DNA of 63,617 nucleotides, the filler included, from Bigelowiella natans CCMP2755 (Eukaryota > Protista > Cercozoa), in NCBI GenBank assembly GCA_000320545.1. It is 6 parts of 6 records of this genome, joined end to end, with 100 filler letters (N's around TTAATTAATTAA, not from the genome) between each part and the next. Parts side by side here need not be neighbours in the genome. Positions count along the whole stretch, not along the records: positions 1 to 19,850 come from ADNK01002877.1; positions 19,951 to 27,416 come from ADNK01001704.1; 4 more parts are not named here. One strand, given 5' to 3'. Positions 12,770-22,819 of the stretch are shown here, in pieces. Both the position numbers and the translations under genes were made by a program. Each line of letters begins with the position of its first letter. Position 1 is the first letter of the stretch. Under the pieces are notes generated by a model. That model made no database searches. It was not told where the DNA came from and worked only from the letters and a program-made list of their open reading frames with translations.

Positions 12770-14224
12770 TCATCGCAATGCAGCCTCAAACTCTCGCAGA
12801 ACTTTACAATTTGACAAGCACACATTCCAGCAATTTGCACATGGTATGTTCTCGCAATCGCAATCGGATTCCAGGCATTCTCTGCACCTTCTGCTTTTCA
12901 CAGATCTCATGTTCGGACGGAAGTGGAATTTCATGTGGTTTTTGTACCCACCTTGGAAATGCACGCCCAAAGCACGTTCGTAGGCTTGGCGAGAAGGTGG
13001 AACCCACTTGTGTGACCTCAGTGATGAATTAGTTTTCAGCTTGAAGTGCAGGTGCCCATTTCGATAATATAAAGCTCTACCCAACTGCCAGTGATGAATT
13101 TTCGATTTTGTAACATTCTCCTTTTCAAGAACTACTACTTGATAACTGTCGGTGCCATGGACAAGTTTGTGATGACCATGGCGCATTGACTCATAGATGC
13201 CTTCTCTATCAAGCGCAATGACCTCGAAAATTCTCCCATCTGGAAATGACAAGCAAGAATTTACCACAGGAAACGCGGGTGCGTATGGCATCTCTTTTCC
13301 AGCGAATACACTCTCGTATTTTTGCCTGGAAACTTCACAGTTTCCTTGTGTGATGCTCCCTTGTGGCCAGACGTATCCATCAGCCCAACATTCTAACTCA
13401 TTTTGCGGCACCCCTTGATTCGCATATGAGAGTAGCATTGTCATATCATCGTGATCACGATAGTGATGTGCCCAGCGTGCAAGGTCTGCGATAGATTCTG
13501 TCGTAAATAGCGAGTAGATCCCATTGCAAAGTGGGTAGTAACAGCAAATAGCTACCTCTGCGTCCCCGTAACGGTCAAAAAACACAGAGGAGTCAATGTA
13601 CGTCATGAAGTCGTGGTCGATTAAGTTAAAACGTCTAGGCGGAGCAATAGTTTGGTTCGGAAACTGACCTTGGGCGAATTTATTTAGTATTAACCACCTT
13701 GAAAATGCTGTGGACCATACTGTGTCAGCCCTCCTAATTGATACTAAGGATGAACGCTCAGCTCTCATGGGACAGATGGCCTCGTTGATGATCTCTAACG
13801 GCACTTTCTGCCATGTAATTCCGGATTTTAGTGCCCACTGTCGACATTCTTCGCCCTCTTCAAGTAAAATCACTTTGCGGTTGTACTCTTTGGCCTGGAG
13901 GAGAGCAACTTTAAGAAATGTTGGGCATTTTTGTGGAAACCTTGCTATGCACGTTTTGTAGTTGTCTGGGTGCTCAGAAGGGCACACTGGGCAGTTTTTA
14001 AGGTAGATTGTAACAACGGGCACATCTTGCACATGTCGATTGACAAAGGAGAGATCGTCGTGACCTCTTTTGTTTTTTTGGGGATCACTGATGCAGTGGT
14101 AATTTCGAGTGTTCGTCCAGATCCCCATGCTCACCGACACGGCGCAGAAGGTCGCCATGATGACAAAAATGACCAGTGAACGCCGCTGCCAACCACCTTC
14201 TTTCATGTCTGCCTTGCCCCCCAT
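12770..14224 (-). CDS. Intronless type-II membrane protein, putative glycosyltransferase-like, with Cys-rich C-terminus
   Basis: 484-aa uninterrupted ORF. N-terminal anchor LVIFVIMATFCAVSVSMGIW, DxD-like LIDHDF after a hydrophobic strand, DDMTML motif, and tail CRECLESDCDCENIPCANCWNVCLSNC. Confidence 0.55.
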   Translation of the reverse strand: MGGKADMKEGGWQRRSLVIFVIMATFCAVSVSMGIWTNTRNYHCISDPQKNKRGHDDLSFVNRHVQDVPVVTIYLKNCPVCPSEHPDNYKTCIARFPQKCPTFLKVALLQAKEYNRKVILLEEGEECRQWALKSGITWQKVPLEIINEAICPMRAERSSLVSIRRADTVWSTAFSRWLILNKFAQGQFPNQTIAPPRRFNLIDHDFMTYIDSSVFFDRYGDAEVAICCYYPLCNGIYSLFTTESIADLARWAHHYRDHDDMTMLLSYANQGVPQNELECWADGYVWPQGSITQGNCEVSRQKYESVFAGKEMPYAPAFPVVNSCLSFPDGRIFEVIALDREGIYESMRHGHHKLVHGTDSYQVVVLEKENVTKSKIHHWQLGRALYYRNGHLHFKLKTNSSLRSHKWVPPSRQAYERALGVHFQGGYKNHMKFHFRPNMRSVKSRRCRECLESDCDCENIPCANCWNVCLSNCKVLREFEAALR

Positions 14225-14677
14225 CGCAAACTGGCAACAAGGCTAGAAACGAACATTCCTGCAGACTACGTGTTTTCACTGCCAGACCACTGACTACGCA
14301 GCGCGACAACTTTCCGGGGTGATCCCTGGTGTTCTGCACCGAGCGACAGGCAATCGCGTGCATGTTTACAGAAAAAACCGGACATTTGCCGATGAATTCA
14401 AAAAAACCACAATTAATAATTCTTCGCCATTAGGGTTTACACACATTTCAGCACTAATGCGTTGAAAATATCTGACCAAATAGGCATCTAACAGCATGCT
14501 GAAAAGAGCATTGGGTCTGATTTCAGTGCGCTTTGACGAAATGCGGCGAGAATATCATGTTGTCGTTGAAGTAAAATTGAGCCCTAAATTCTGTAAAACA
14601 TAGAGCTTCGCTGCTAACAAATCTAAAAATACAATTGGCAAGGCCACAGCTCAAAGCGCAGATTAAAGGAGCTCAAG

Positions 14678-15775
14678 ATGGAAGTCGAAACCCCTACTAC
14701 CAGGCGTGATGCCGAATCGAAATCTAGCCCAGAAGCAGACTCCAAGGCTCTCGAAAATGAAGGAACTCAACACCGAATTACTGAGGATTTTGTGTCGAAA
14801 TTCAACAAGGCGTTCACAGATGAAATTGCATTGAAGTTTCGAAAAACCCATGCCGACAATTGTCATCATTGGGACTTTACCTTTTTAATTTGGCATCGCA
14901 AATTCGTGAACAGCTTTTGGAAAGAAGTGGGCTTACCTCGAACATATGCAGTATTGACTGATGAGAAAGATAGAGAGCTCTATGCTTCTCTTCAGAAAAG
15001 TGTGTGGCAGGATCGAAATGGCATCTTTCGAACTTACCTTGACAGGAACAAACTGAATCAATGGGAAGAGAACGACACTCTAGCAATGCGTCGAAACATT
15101 GCTGAAGGATTTGTTTCATCTTCGTTTGCATTAGACTTAGATTTTGCTGGACCTAGAAATGGATATAACATTGGGTTCTCATCTCAGATTGAAGAATTCC
15201 ATGATATTGTTCATATGGAAACTGGTCGATGCATGAGAAGTGTGAGGACAGCCGGAGGCGACCAATGTTTTTTCATTCATCACACTTTCGTGGACTTGGT
15301 GTTCGAAGCTTGGCTCGAAAAAAACAAGCCGGATATTCCGGTTGACAAGGCATATTTTGACAGTGAGCCTGTTTTCAAAACTGAATACAAAGACTACGAT
15401 GAATTCAAAGCCCTATGGGGCGAACGGCATTTTACTAGTGACGATTACAAACATGTAAATCGGATCGTAATGTCGGTACCAGCAACAAGAACTTTACTTG
15501 TCTTTGATGAGATTCTTCATATAGAGGAGGCTCGTCGTGTTATCGTGTATCATAGAGGTGAGGAACTCGGGCGTTTTTCCATCATTACTGGAGCACCGGA
15601 AACATGTGAATCCTGTAAAACCAAGAAGCACAAAGGCCAGTTTCTTCTCAGCAAGCTGGTACCATTGACGGAGCTTTCATTTAGAATAAACTTCGAATTT
15701 TTCAGTGAATGGAGCGAGGCGAAGGAAGAATTTAAAAAAATAGGAGTTTCTGTCCCATATGTTGCTTCCTTTTAG
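14678..15775 (+). CDS. Intronless tyrosinase / type-3 copper protein
   Basis: CuA-like HADNCHHWDFTFLIWHRKFV; CuB-like EEFHDIVH...AGGDQCFFIHHTFVDLVF; C-terminal domain with CESC (CxxC). Confidence 0.85.
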   Translation: MEVETPTTRRDAESKSSPEADSKALENEGTQHRITEDFVSKFNKAFTDEIALKFRKTHADNCHHWDFTFLIWHRKFVNSFWKEVGLPRTYAVLTDEKDRELYASLQKSVWQDRNGIFRTYLDRNKLNQWEENDTLAMRRNIAEGFVSSSFALDLDFAGPRNGYNIGFSSQIEEFHDIVHMETGRCMRSVRTAGGDQCFFIHHTFVDLVFEAWLEKNKPDIPVDKAYFDSEPVFKTEYKDYDEFKALWGERHFTSDDYKHVNRIVMSVPATRTLLVFDEILHIEEARRVIVYHRGEELGRFSIITGAPETCESCKTKKHKGQFLLSKLVPLTELSFRINFEFFSEWSEAKEEFKKIGVSVPYVASF

Positions 15776-16468
15776 AGCTGTGTTAGTTTACGAACACGAT
15801 GCATGTGTGCATAAGGATGATTAAACAATGCGTGCTGTGGTGGCTTTTTGTGAACTTGAGAATCCTAAAAGCATCTTCGTGATTTCGTGGCTACATACAA
15901 TTAGTTAGGACAGTCGAGTTCACGAACACAATGATGCATTATGTGCATTCGTGCGGCGTGAGAACAGTAAACGACTTCCACCTGTATATCCTTTTTGCGA
16001 CTCACTATGCTAGTATGGCTGCATCGATGAACTAGATGATGCTCACAGGCAGCAGGGCATGACTACTAGCTAGCTAGACTAGATGGCTACAGTATTTGCA
16101 CGGCGGACGCAAATAACTATGATTAATTCTAGAATTGGCAAGTCTATTAGCATTGAGTTGACACACCAACATGCTACCATGCACAGCGGTCAAACACAGA
16201 GATGTCTCTCTCAGTATGACGTCGTTGAAGCTGCAAGATTGCCATGGGATATGTGATGCTGCTTTGCTTGCCAATGCTAGCATGTGCGCATCACATGCCA
16301 CATCTAGACATGTAGAAACCATAGATTCTCAATGCAAGTTCCAAACAAACTAGCAAAGCACAAATGGGCACATTTTCTGGGCTTCAAATGATCTTAGCGT
16401 CAACATTGTCCTGAGCTTAGACACATTTAGCGGCAGCATCTACCTAAAAGGCACTTGAGAGTCACGTT

Positions 16469-18853
16469 CTACCAATTATTCTCTTTTTCTGCGTCTTGGG
16501 ACTTCCTTCTCTGGCGATAAATGTCACGACTTCTCCGCCATGACGCACTTTCATCGCTCTTCAAATCCCTAAAAAAGCTGTCGACGACATCTGGACTTTC
16601 TTCAGCCGCGTCTCCTAGGGGATCGCTGTAAACGCCCCCTCCCCCAATCACAACGGGATCGAGTCCCTCCTTTTTGCGGTACATATTTGTGTCCCTCAGA
16701 CTGAAGGAACAGCCGCAATATTCTTGCTTGTAAAATTTTTCATCGGCGTTAATTCGATATTTGCGAATATTCATTTCTTCCGTCTGCCAGTCGCTTTCTA
16801 TGTACTTCAATCCATCGTAAGCCGCGGCCGCGCGCGCGCCTGAATCATTAACTTGATTTTGATCCTTCCAGCGACTCGTTGCGTTCGTAGTAGTGAAGTG
16901 CGTGAAGCCGTGTTGCGCCGCATAGTCCGCTGTGCGCTCAAACCGCATATCAAAGCACATCGAACAGCGGCGGCCACGCTCGGGATCATACTCCATGCCC
17001 TCTGCTCGCTTGTACCACTCATCGGCGTCGTAGTCTGCATCCACAAAGGGAATGCCTAGCTTCTCCGCGTACCTCTTGTTTTCATCTTTTCGGATCTCAT
17101 ACTCTTTCCTCGGGTGTATGTTGGGGTTGTAGAAGAAGATCGTGACGTCCAGTCCGTGCGAGTGCATCTCCTCGATCATAGCGCCGGAGCAGGGCGCGCA
17201 GCACGAATGAAGTAGCACCTTCATATCTCCACTGGCCTTGGTACTACTCCGCACTAAGTCGCTGAGAGTTTTGGTGATGGTCTCTGCTTCCCCGAGGGCC
17301 TTCTTCTCTCCCCCCTGAGAATTGAACAGGAGAGAGGCGTCTCCGTATGAGAGGAATCGGTAGGCATTCTGCAAAGCATGCTCGTAAACAGCATGGATCG
17401 GTTTTGCGCCTCCAAGGAGCGCTCCTACTAGAAGCATCAGGGTCGAATCCGGCTGGTGGAAGTTCGTGACGATAGCGTCGCAGAGCCGAAAGCGATACCC
17501 CGGAACGATGCAAATGGAGGTTTGCCCTCTGAGCTGAGAGCGCCGTTGTCTATCCATTTCATCTAATAGCTGCGCAAGAGCTTCACTGGCTGTCGGAACA
17601 TTCTCCGTCTCCAGCTGCTTCTCGATCGCGTAAGGTTCCCATTGCTCTATATGAAAGCCCTCCTCGGCGGCTTGCCCTCTCCGCCCCGCCCTTAGGATCA
17701 GCTTGACGCCCAGCCAATACAGAGATTCCAGGCACCTCGATGAAGTAGTTCCGACAGGCACAACGCTGCGGCGCGCCTCTATGCTTTTGATGATACCGAC
17801 CAGAGCTTCTCGAGACACTGAGAAACGCTCTTCGTGCATGTTGTGGTTGACGATTTTCTCAGCTCCCACAGGCCTGAAGGTGCCTGCGCTCACGTGCAGC
17901 GCGATCCTGGACTGCTGGATCCCCAGCCTCTCTATATCCGAGAGCATCGAGTCGCTGAAATGAAGCCCAGCCGTGGGCGCTGCTACGCTGCCAGCACTCT
18001 GCTCGTTCGCATACAAGGTTTGGTAGAGCGCGGTGTCCTCCGGCCTCGCGTCGCGCCCCATGTACGGCGGGAGGGGGACATGCCCGAGCCGGTCAAATAG
18101 TTGTTGCGCAGACTCCCCGACAGCAGCGGTGTTGATGAGTCGCACGGACGCCTCCACGCCCTCGCCTTCCCCCTCCTCCTCCCATCGGGAATGGACCTTC
18201 TCGACTTGCAGACGCGGGGGGCACGGCTCCCCCTCTTCTTTGCCCCCCCCACACAGGGGAAGCTCCTGCCCTTCAGCCACAACGCAGCGAAGCATGCAGC
18301 GCCAGACTTGCCCCTCACACTTAGCTGAGAGCGCAATGGCAGGGTCGTCAACTGGCGTTTCCGGGGAGAGAAACATCGCCTCGACGGGCTCCGAGCCTGT
18401 GTGAGCCCGCGCAAACAGCCTCGCAGCAAATACCTGGGACTCATTGAAAACTAGGTGCACGTCGTCTTTGGGCAGCACGCTGAGAATTTGGTCGAATCGG
18501 ATATCGACGTAGTCGTCCAGGGCCTTGCTGCGGTGGTGCGACCTGAGCAGCTTCCGTGCAGCTCTCGCTATGCTGTTTTGTGGAAGGCCTTCCTGTGGGA
18601 GAGCAACTAGTAGCTTCGATTCCCCCCTCGCTGCTGGCTCCCGAGCGATTCTATCAGCGGGTAATTCGTAGGCATAATCCTTTACAAGCACGTCCGGGGC
18701 GAAGGAATGCAGGTCATTGCTGTGGGCAGTTGAAAGAACTCTTACTAACACACTTCCAAAGACGCGTCCGGGGGTGTTCCTCTGAGAGGGGCGGCGAAAA
18801 CCAAACGATCTCAATACGCATTTGCGGTTGAATCCCCTCAGCTGTACGGACAT
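16469..18853 (-). CDS. queA-queH: QueA-QueH fusion (SAM:tRNA ribosyltransferase-isomerase + epoxyqueuosine reductase DUF208), intronless, with basic N-terminal extension
   Basis: QueA motifs: YELPADRIA, LVFNESQVFAARL, GHVPLPPY, YQTLYA, GSVAAPTAGLHF, LHVSAGTFRPV, VGTTSSRCLES, TNFHQPDSTL, YRFLSYGDASLL (ends ~17321). QueH starts at ~17224: LLHSCCAPCS, FYNPNIHP, PERGRRCSMCFDMR, SRWKD, YKQEYCGCSFS. First ATG at 18853. Confidence 0.95.
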   Translation of the reverse strand: MSVQLRGFNRKCVLRSFGFRRPSQRNTPGRVFGSVLVRVLSTAHSNDLHSFAPDVLVKDYAYELPADRIAREPAARGESKLLVALPQEGLPQNSIARAARKLLRSHHRSKALDDYVDIRFDQILSVLPKDDVHLVFNESQVFAARLFARAHTGSEPVEAMFLSPETPVDDPAIALSAKCEGQVWRCMLRCVVAEGQELPLCGGGKEEGEPCPPRLQVEKVHSRWEEEGEGEGVEASVRLINTAAVGESAQQLFDRLGHVPLPPYMGRDARPEDTALYQTLYANEQSAGSVAAPTAGLHFSDSMLSDIERLGIQQSRIALHVSAGTFRPVGAEKIVNHNMHEERFSVSREALVGIIKSIEARRSVVPVGTTSSRCLESLYWLGVKLILRAGRRGQAAEEGFHIEQWEPYAIEKQLETENVPTASEALAQLLDEMDRQRRSQLRGQTSICIVPGYRFRLCDAIVTNFHQPDSTLMLLVGALLGGAKPIHAVYEHALQNAYRFLSYGDASLLFNSQGGEKKALGEAETITKTLSDLVRSSTKASGDMKVLLHSCCAPCSGAMIEEMHSHGLDVTIFFYNPNIHPRKEYEIRKDENKRYAEKLGIPFVDADYDADEWYKRAEGMEYDPERGRRCSMCFDMRFERTADYAAQHGFTHFTTTNATSRWKDQNQVNDSGARAAAAYDGLKYIESDWQTEEMNIRKYRINADEKFYKQEYCGCSFSLRDTNMYRKKEGLDPVVIGGGGVYSDPLGDAAEESPDVVDSFFRDLKSDESASWRRSRDIYRQRRKSQDAEKENNW

Positions 18854-19138
18854 CACAGCGGTTAGACCGATCCTCCCCCCACCTCCCCGCGGTTCTTCGA
18901 CTTCGAAATCTCGGACGCATTTTTCTCGGTAATTACCGGTTTATTTCGCCTCGACATTCCTCGGAATTCCTTTCAAATTTCTTGTCGCTTAGCAAGAATT
19001 AAGGCGAATTTTCCTTCTTTTTGTCACCCAGAATTATCGGGACGAAAGAGTCAGGTCGGTGCCGAAGGCAACGAGTATCCCACTGGCCTGCCCTCCCCCC
19101 CCCCTCTCCCCTCCTAACTCGCACTGCTTGCATCAACA

Positions 19139-19791
19139 TTGCTACGTCCCCGCGGTGAGGAAAGGGAGTACAGGAGAGGAGCAGGGCTCATTCTATGGGT
19201 CCTTCCTCTCCTCTACGCAGGAACCATAGCCCTGATGAGGAGGGAGGCGACTCCCAGCGGCGACAGTGTGCGGCTGCTTGGAATGGGGGAGGGACCGAGC
19301 ACGAGGTGGAGGAGGAAAGGCGTGCAGTTGAATGAGTTCGGTGGCTGGAAACGGAATTTGGTAAGAATCAAAGGGGATGGGTTCTGTCTCTTCAGGGCAC
19401 TCGCATATCAGGTGCACCTATTCTTCGTCTGCTTACAACGAATGGTCAACAACATATTCACGTGTCCTTCGTCTGCACTGCGCTCCACTACCCGCCGCAG
19501 GAAAAGAACGATTCCGTAGCGATGGGAGGGGCATCTTCGTGTCGCACAAACGTAACCAACCAGAGCCGCAAAATGGTTGACTCCATTGCCAGCTGGGTCG
19601 AAGGAGCGTTTGCGTCAAAGCATCATCACGAGAAAAACGATGCGAAATCGTTGAAAACTAGTAGAAACGGGGGCCGGAAGAAAGCGCCCAAGAGAAATGC
19701 CTGCGTAAATGGGAACTGCACGTTCCTCATTCATTCGCCCCAGGGAAACAGCGAAAATAAGAAGCAGTAAGTTGTAAGTAGCGCTGCCAGT

Positions 19792-19844
<53 letters not shown>

Positions 19845-19850
19845 ATGGGG
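19139..19850 (+). CDS. OTU-like cysteine protease, 5' exons, truncated at contig end
   Basis: LVRIKGDGFCLFRALAYQV matches the OTU catalytic GDGxCLFRA box. Confidence 0.7.
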
Positions 19851-19950
19851 NNNNNNNNNNNNNNNNNNNNNNNNNNNNNNNNNNNNNNNNNNNNTTAATT
19901 AATTAANNNNNNNNNNNNNNNNNNNNNNNNNNNNNNNNNNNNNNNNNNNN
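19851..19950. other. Artificial contig linker
   Basis: N44-TTAATTAATTAA-N44, which gives stops in all six frames. Confidence 0.98.
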
Positions 19951-20059
19951 AAAATAATAATAATAATAATAATAATAACACACTGTCCAACCAATAGACA
20001 ACGACATGCTCACTATAAATGATATATACAATTTGCCTTTATATTATTGTATATATGTT

Positions 20060-20104
<45 letters not shown>

Positions 20105-20123
20105 TGTGTGTGTGTGTGTGCAG

Positions 20124-20558
20124 GTATAAAGGCACAACATCCCGTTTAAAAGAAGTTCCAAAGTATTCTGTACCGATCGATTCTGTGTACTCGTCCAACT
20201 CTACAAAGTCATCGGCCGGCATCGTATCCGAGCCATTCCTTGCCAACTGCGGGTGCGTGCACACACGCGCGCGCTCACACGCACACATATTATTTTATAT
20301 GCATAAACACAATTGCTTTATTACACAAGGTACACTACGACAAAACTAGAGTCGTTTTTGGGTTGCGAAGTACATATCAGCAAGAGCAGCAGCACATCCA
20401 ACCATCCTCCCCTCCCATCATCTCATATGCTTCGTTTCTTCGCACAGATACGTTGGAAGGATCCCTGGACATCGACCCAACTTCCTGTGGGTTCGTGCAG
20501 GCAAGGAAAAGCTGCAAATTTCGCATGTCATTCTTGCCTGACTAACGCGAATGGCTGA
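20124..20558 (+). CDS. 3' exons of an unknown protein
   Basis: AG/GT-bounded segments splice to ...EPFLANCG|YTTTKLESFLGCE|IRWKDPWTST...NANG*. Confidence 0.35.
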
Positions 20559-21422
20559 TAGACCACACTTTGACCTCGTTTGAAGCAAATGTTCGTGCTC
20601 GTCCTCTCACCGAGGAGGATGGGGTTTGTGCTAAACCTGGACAATCTGCCCGCTCAAGCTATCGATCTGCAAAGATTTGCGAACCATGAGCTTAACTATG
20701 TACGAGTTGTGTTCGTGCAGAGACTGCTATTGCAGATGCTGTTCTTCTGAAATGAAATGTGCTTGCTTAGTGTGCATAGCATGACATGCGCATGCACGTG
20801 TGGTGAAATAGCCGTCAAGCAGCTATAGATGTAGCCTTTTGGTGGTGCTAATCGTAAGGTGTCACGAAAATTGCATGCGAACTCACTTTCTGCTAACCAC
20901 AGTGTGCACTACAAAGTGTACGGAATATTGTGTCATGCTAGGCAATCAAACACATCTAGCCATAACGGCTGTAGGTGCTAATATGATGTGCATGCAGATA
21001 CGTGCAGCCACAGGGCAGTACTGAAATAAAGCAAACTCCCTAATCATGATTAATTATTGTCATTGCATGCTAGCGTGCGCTATAGCGCGCATCACTACGA
21101 TATCAGAAGCACGTGTGCGTGTGCGATTGGGATCGGAATGATCATTATTAGCTTTAAACGTTAGCTGAAAGTTTAGTAAGAGAGCATACGTACAGCCATA
21201 TATATGCCAGCACACGTACACGCACATTGTGAATGCGTTGCTATATATATACGAGGTCGATCGATCATGGACATGTACACTATATAGCCTTTATGGCTCT
21301 ATATAGCGTAGAGCCTATCAGCACATATGTTATCCACTACACATGTGGCATATGACACAAAAAACACCGCGCAGCATATGTTCGTATACGTGCGTACGCT
21401 ACTATATAGCCTTTATGGCTCT

Positions 21423-21459
<37 letters not shown>

Positions 21460-21971
21460 CCACTTTTAATTGTCGCGTCTGCTGCGTGCCAAGCCCGCTT
21501 GCGACTCCACCATCGCAACGTGAATATATATGTGCATATTTGCAGACACAACGCTCGCTGGCTGGCGCAGCGTGCACACGTTGTACATGGTACATGGAAT
21601 GTCATGTATTTTACCATAGCATGTTGCTGGGTAGTATCTTTCATCTAAATGATAAATATATTGCGACCGCTAGAGGCGTGAAAGGTGCATAAACTTCTGA
21701 GATCTATATAAATTTCAAAATAGGTCAATGTGACCATAAAATCTTTCAGCCGTCGTCCAGCTCATCAATCAGCACCTTTATCTTTTCCTCCCTTAATAAA
21801 AGCACAATTGGGAACAAAGCATTTGTGGGGCGACACGCAAGGAGGAGAACGACAACTTAATGCTCAATTTCAGTGGTGCACTTACTTGCTAATTGGTGAG
21901 ATTCTTAGAGGCCGCGGCTCGTTTCTCAACATCCTATATCCGAAGATCCATAACAAGGTTTTTGAACATTA

Positions 21972-22035
<64 letters not shown>

Positions 22036-22049
22036 CACAGATATCAACT

Positions 22050-22784
22050 AGATCTATTTGATTGCGAGCGAGTAGATTATCACCGATTTCGGCTAGTTTG
22101 CAGACGAAATCCATCCGGTTTTATCGTCTTTGAAGTTGCAACCACGGCCCAATATCCGCTTACATACCTGTTGGTAGTTTCACAAATCACACAAAAATGA
22201 CTCTTAAAATACTACTTGGTTTCTTATTTTTCCTTTTTTCTGTGCAAAGGCCCGAATCTAAGAAGACTTGGCGCATTTTGATCGAGTTAATTCACTTCTC
22301 TCGTCTTCTTTCATTCATACTTGTACAGATCTGCACATGTGTCAGCCTCCTTAAAGAACGCCTCGAAGTCCTATCATACACCCGCACATAATAAGAAACT
22401 ACTGGCGATCGAAGCATATCGATTTGATGAATATATCCCCCCCCCCCCCCCCCCCTTCCCGCTCTCGGTATACTTGCATGACCTTTCCATCGAGATGAAA
22501 ATTGATCTTAAACGTCGTTCCACTCTCCGCTTCCCTATCCCCCTTTCTCAGTACGCCGGTAGTTGCTGCTGCTGCTGCTTGTGCATTGGACAAAGAAGAA
22601 GAGGACGAATGATCTCCCCGTCGTTGAGTTAGGAGATTCCCAATCCGCCCCTTTGGGAGCAATCCTCTCGGGGTTCCGCTTCCTGCAGTGGAGAGAAGCT
22701 GTTCTGTCCTCACCGTATCCGATGCTGGCGCCGCTGCGGAGGAGGAGGAGAGGGGGGAATGTGAGGAGGAAGAGGAGGAGAACT

Positions 22785-22819
<35 letters not shown>

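Noticed and set aside
16469-18853. Bacterial contaminant contig
   Set aside because: The gene is continuous, with no linker, with intron-containing genes on both sides, has a presequence-like extension and has no operon neighbours. Misassembly still needs a read-level check.
19851-19950. TTAATTAATTAA as a biological motif (5 copies)
   Set aside because: Always centred in identical N runs; it is a six-frame-stop assembly spacer.
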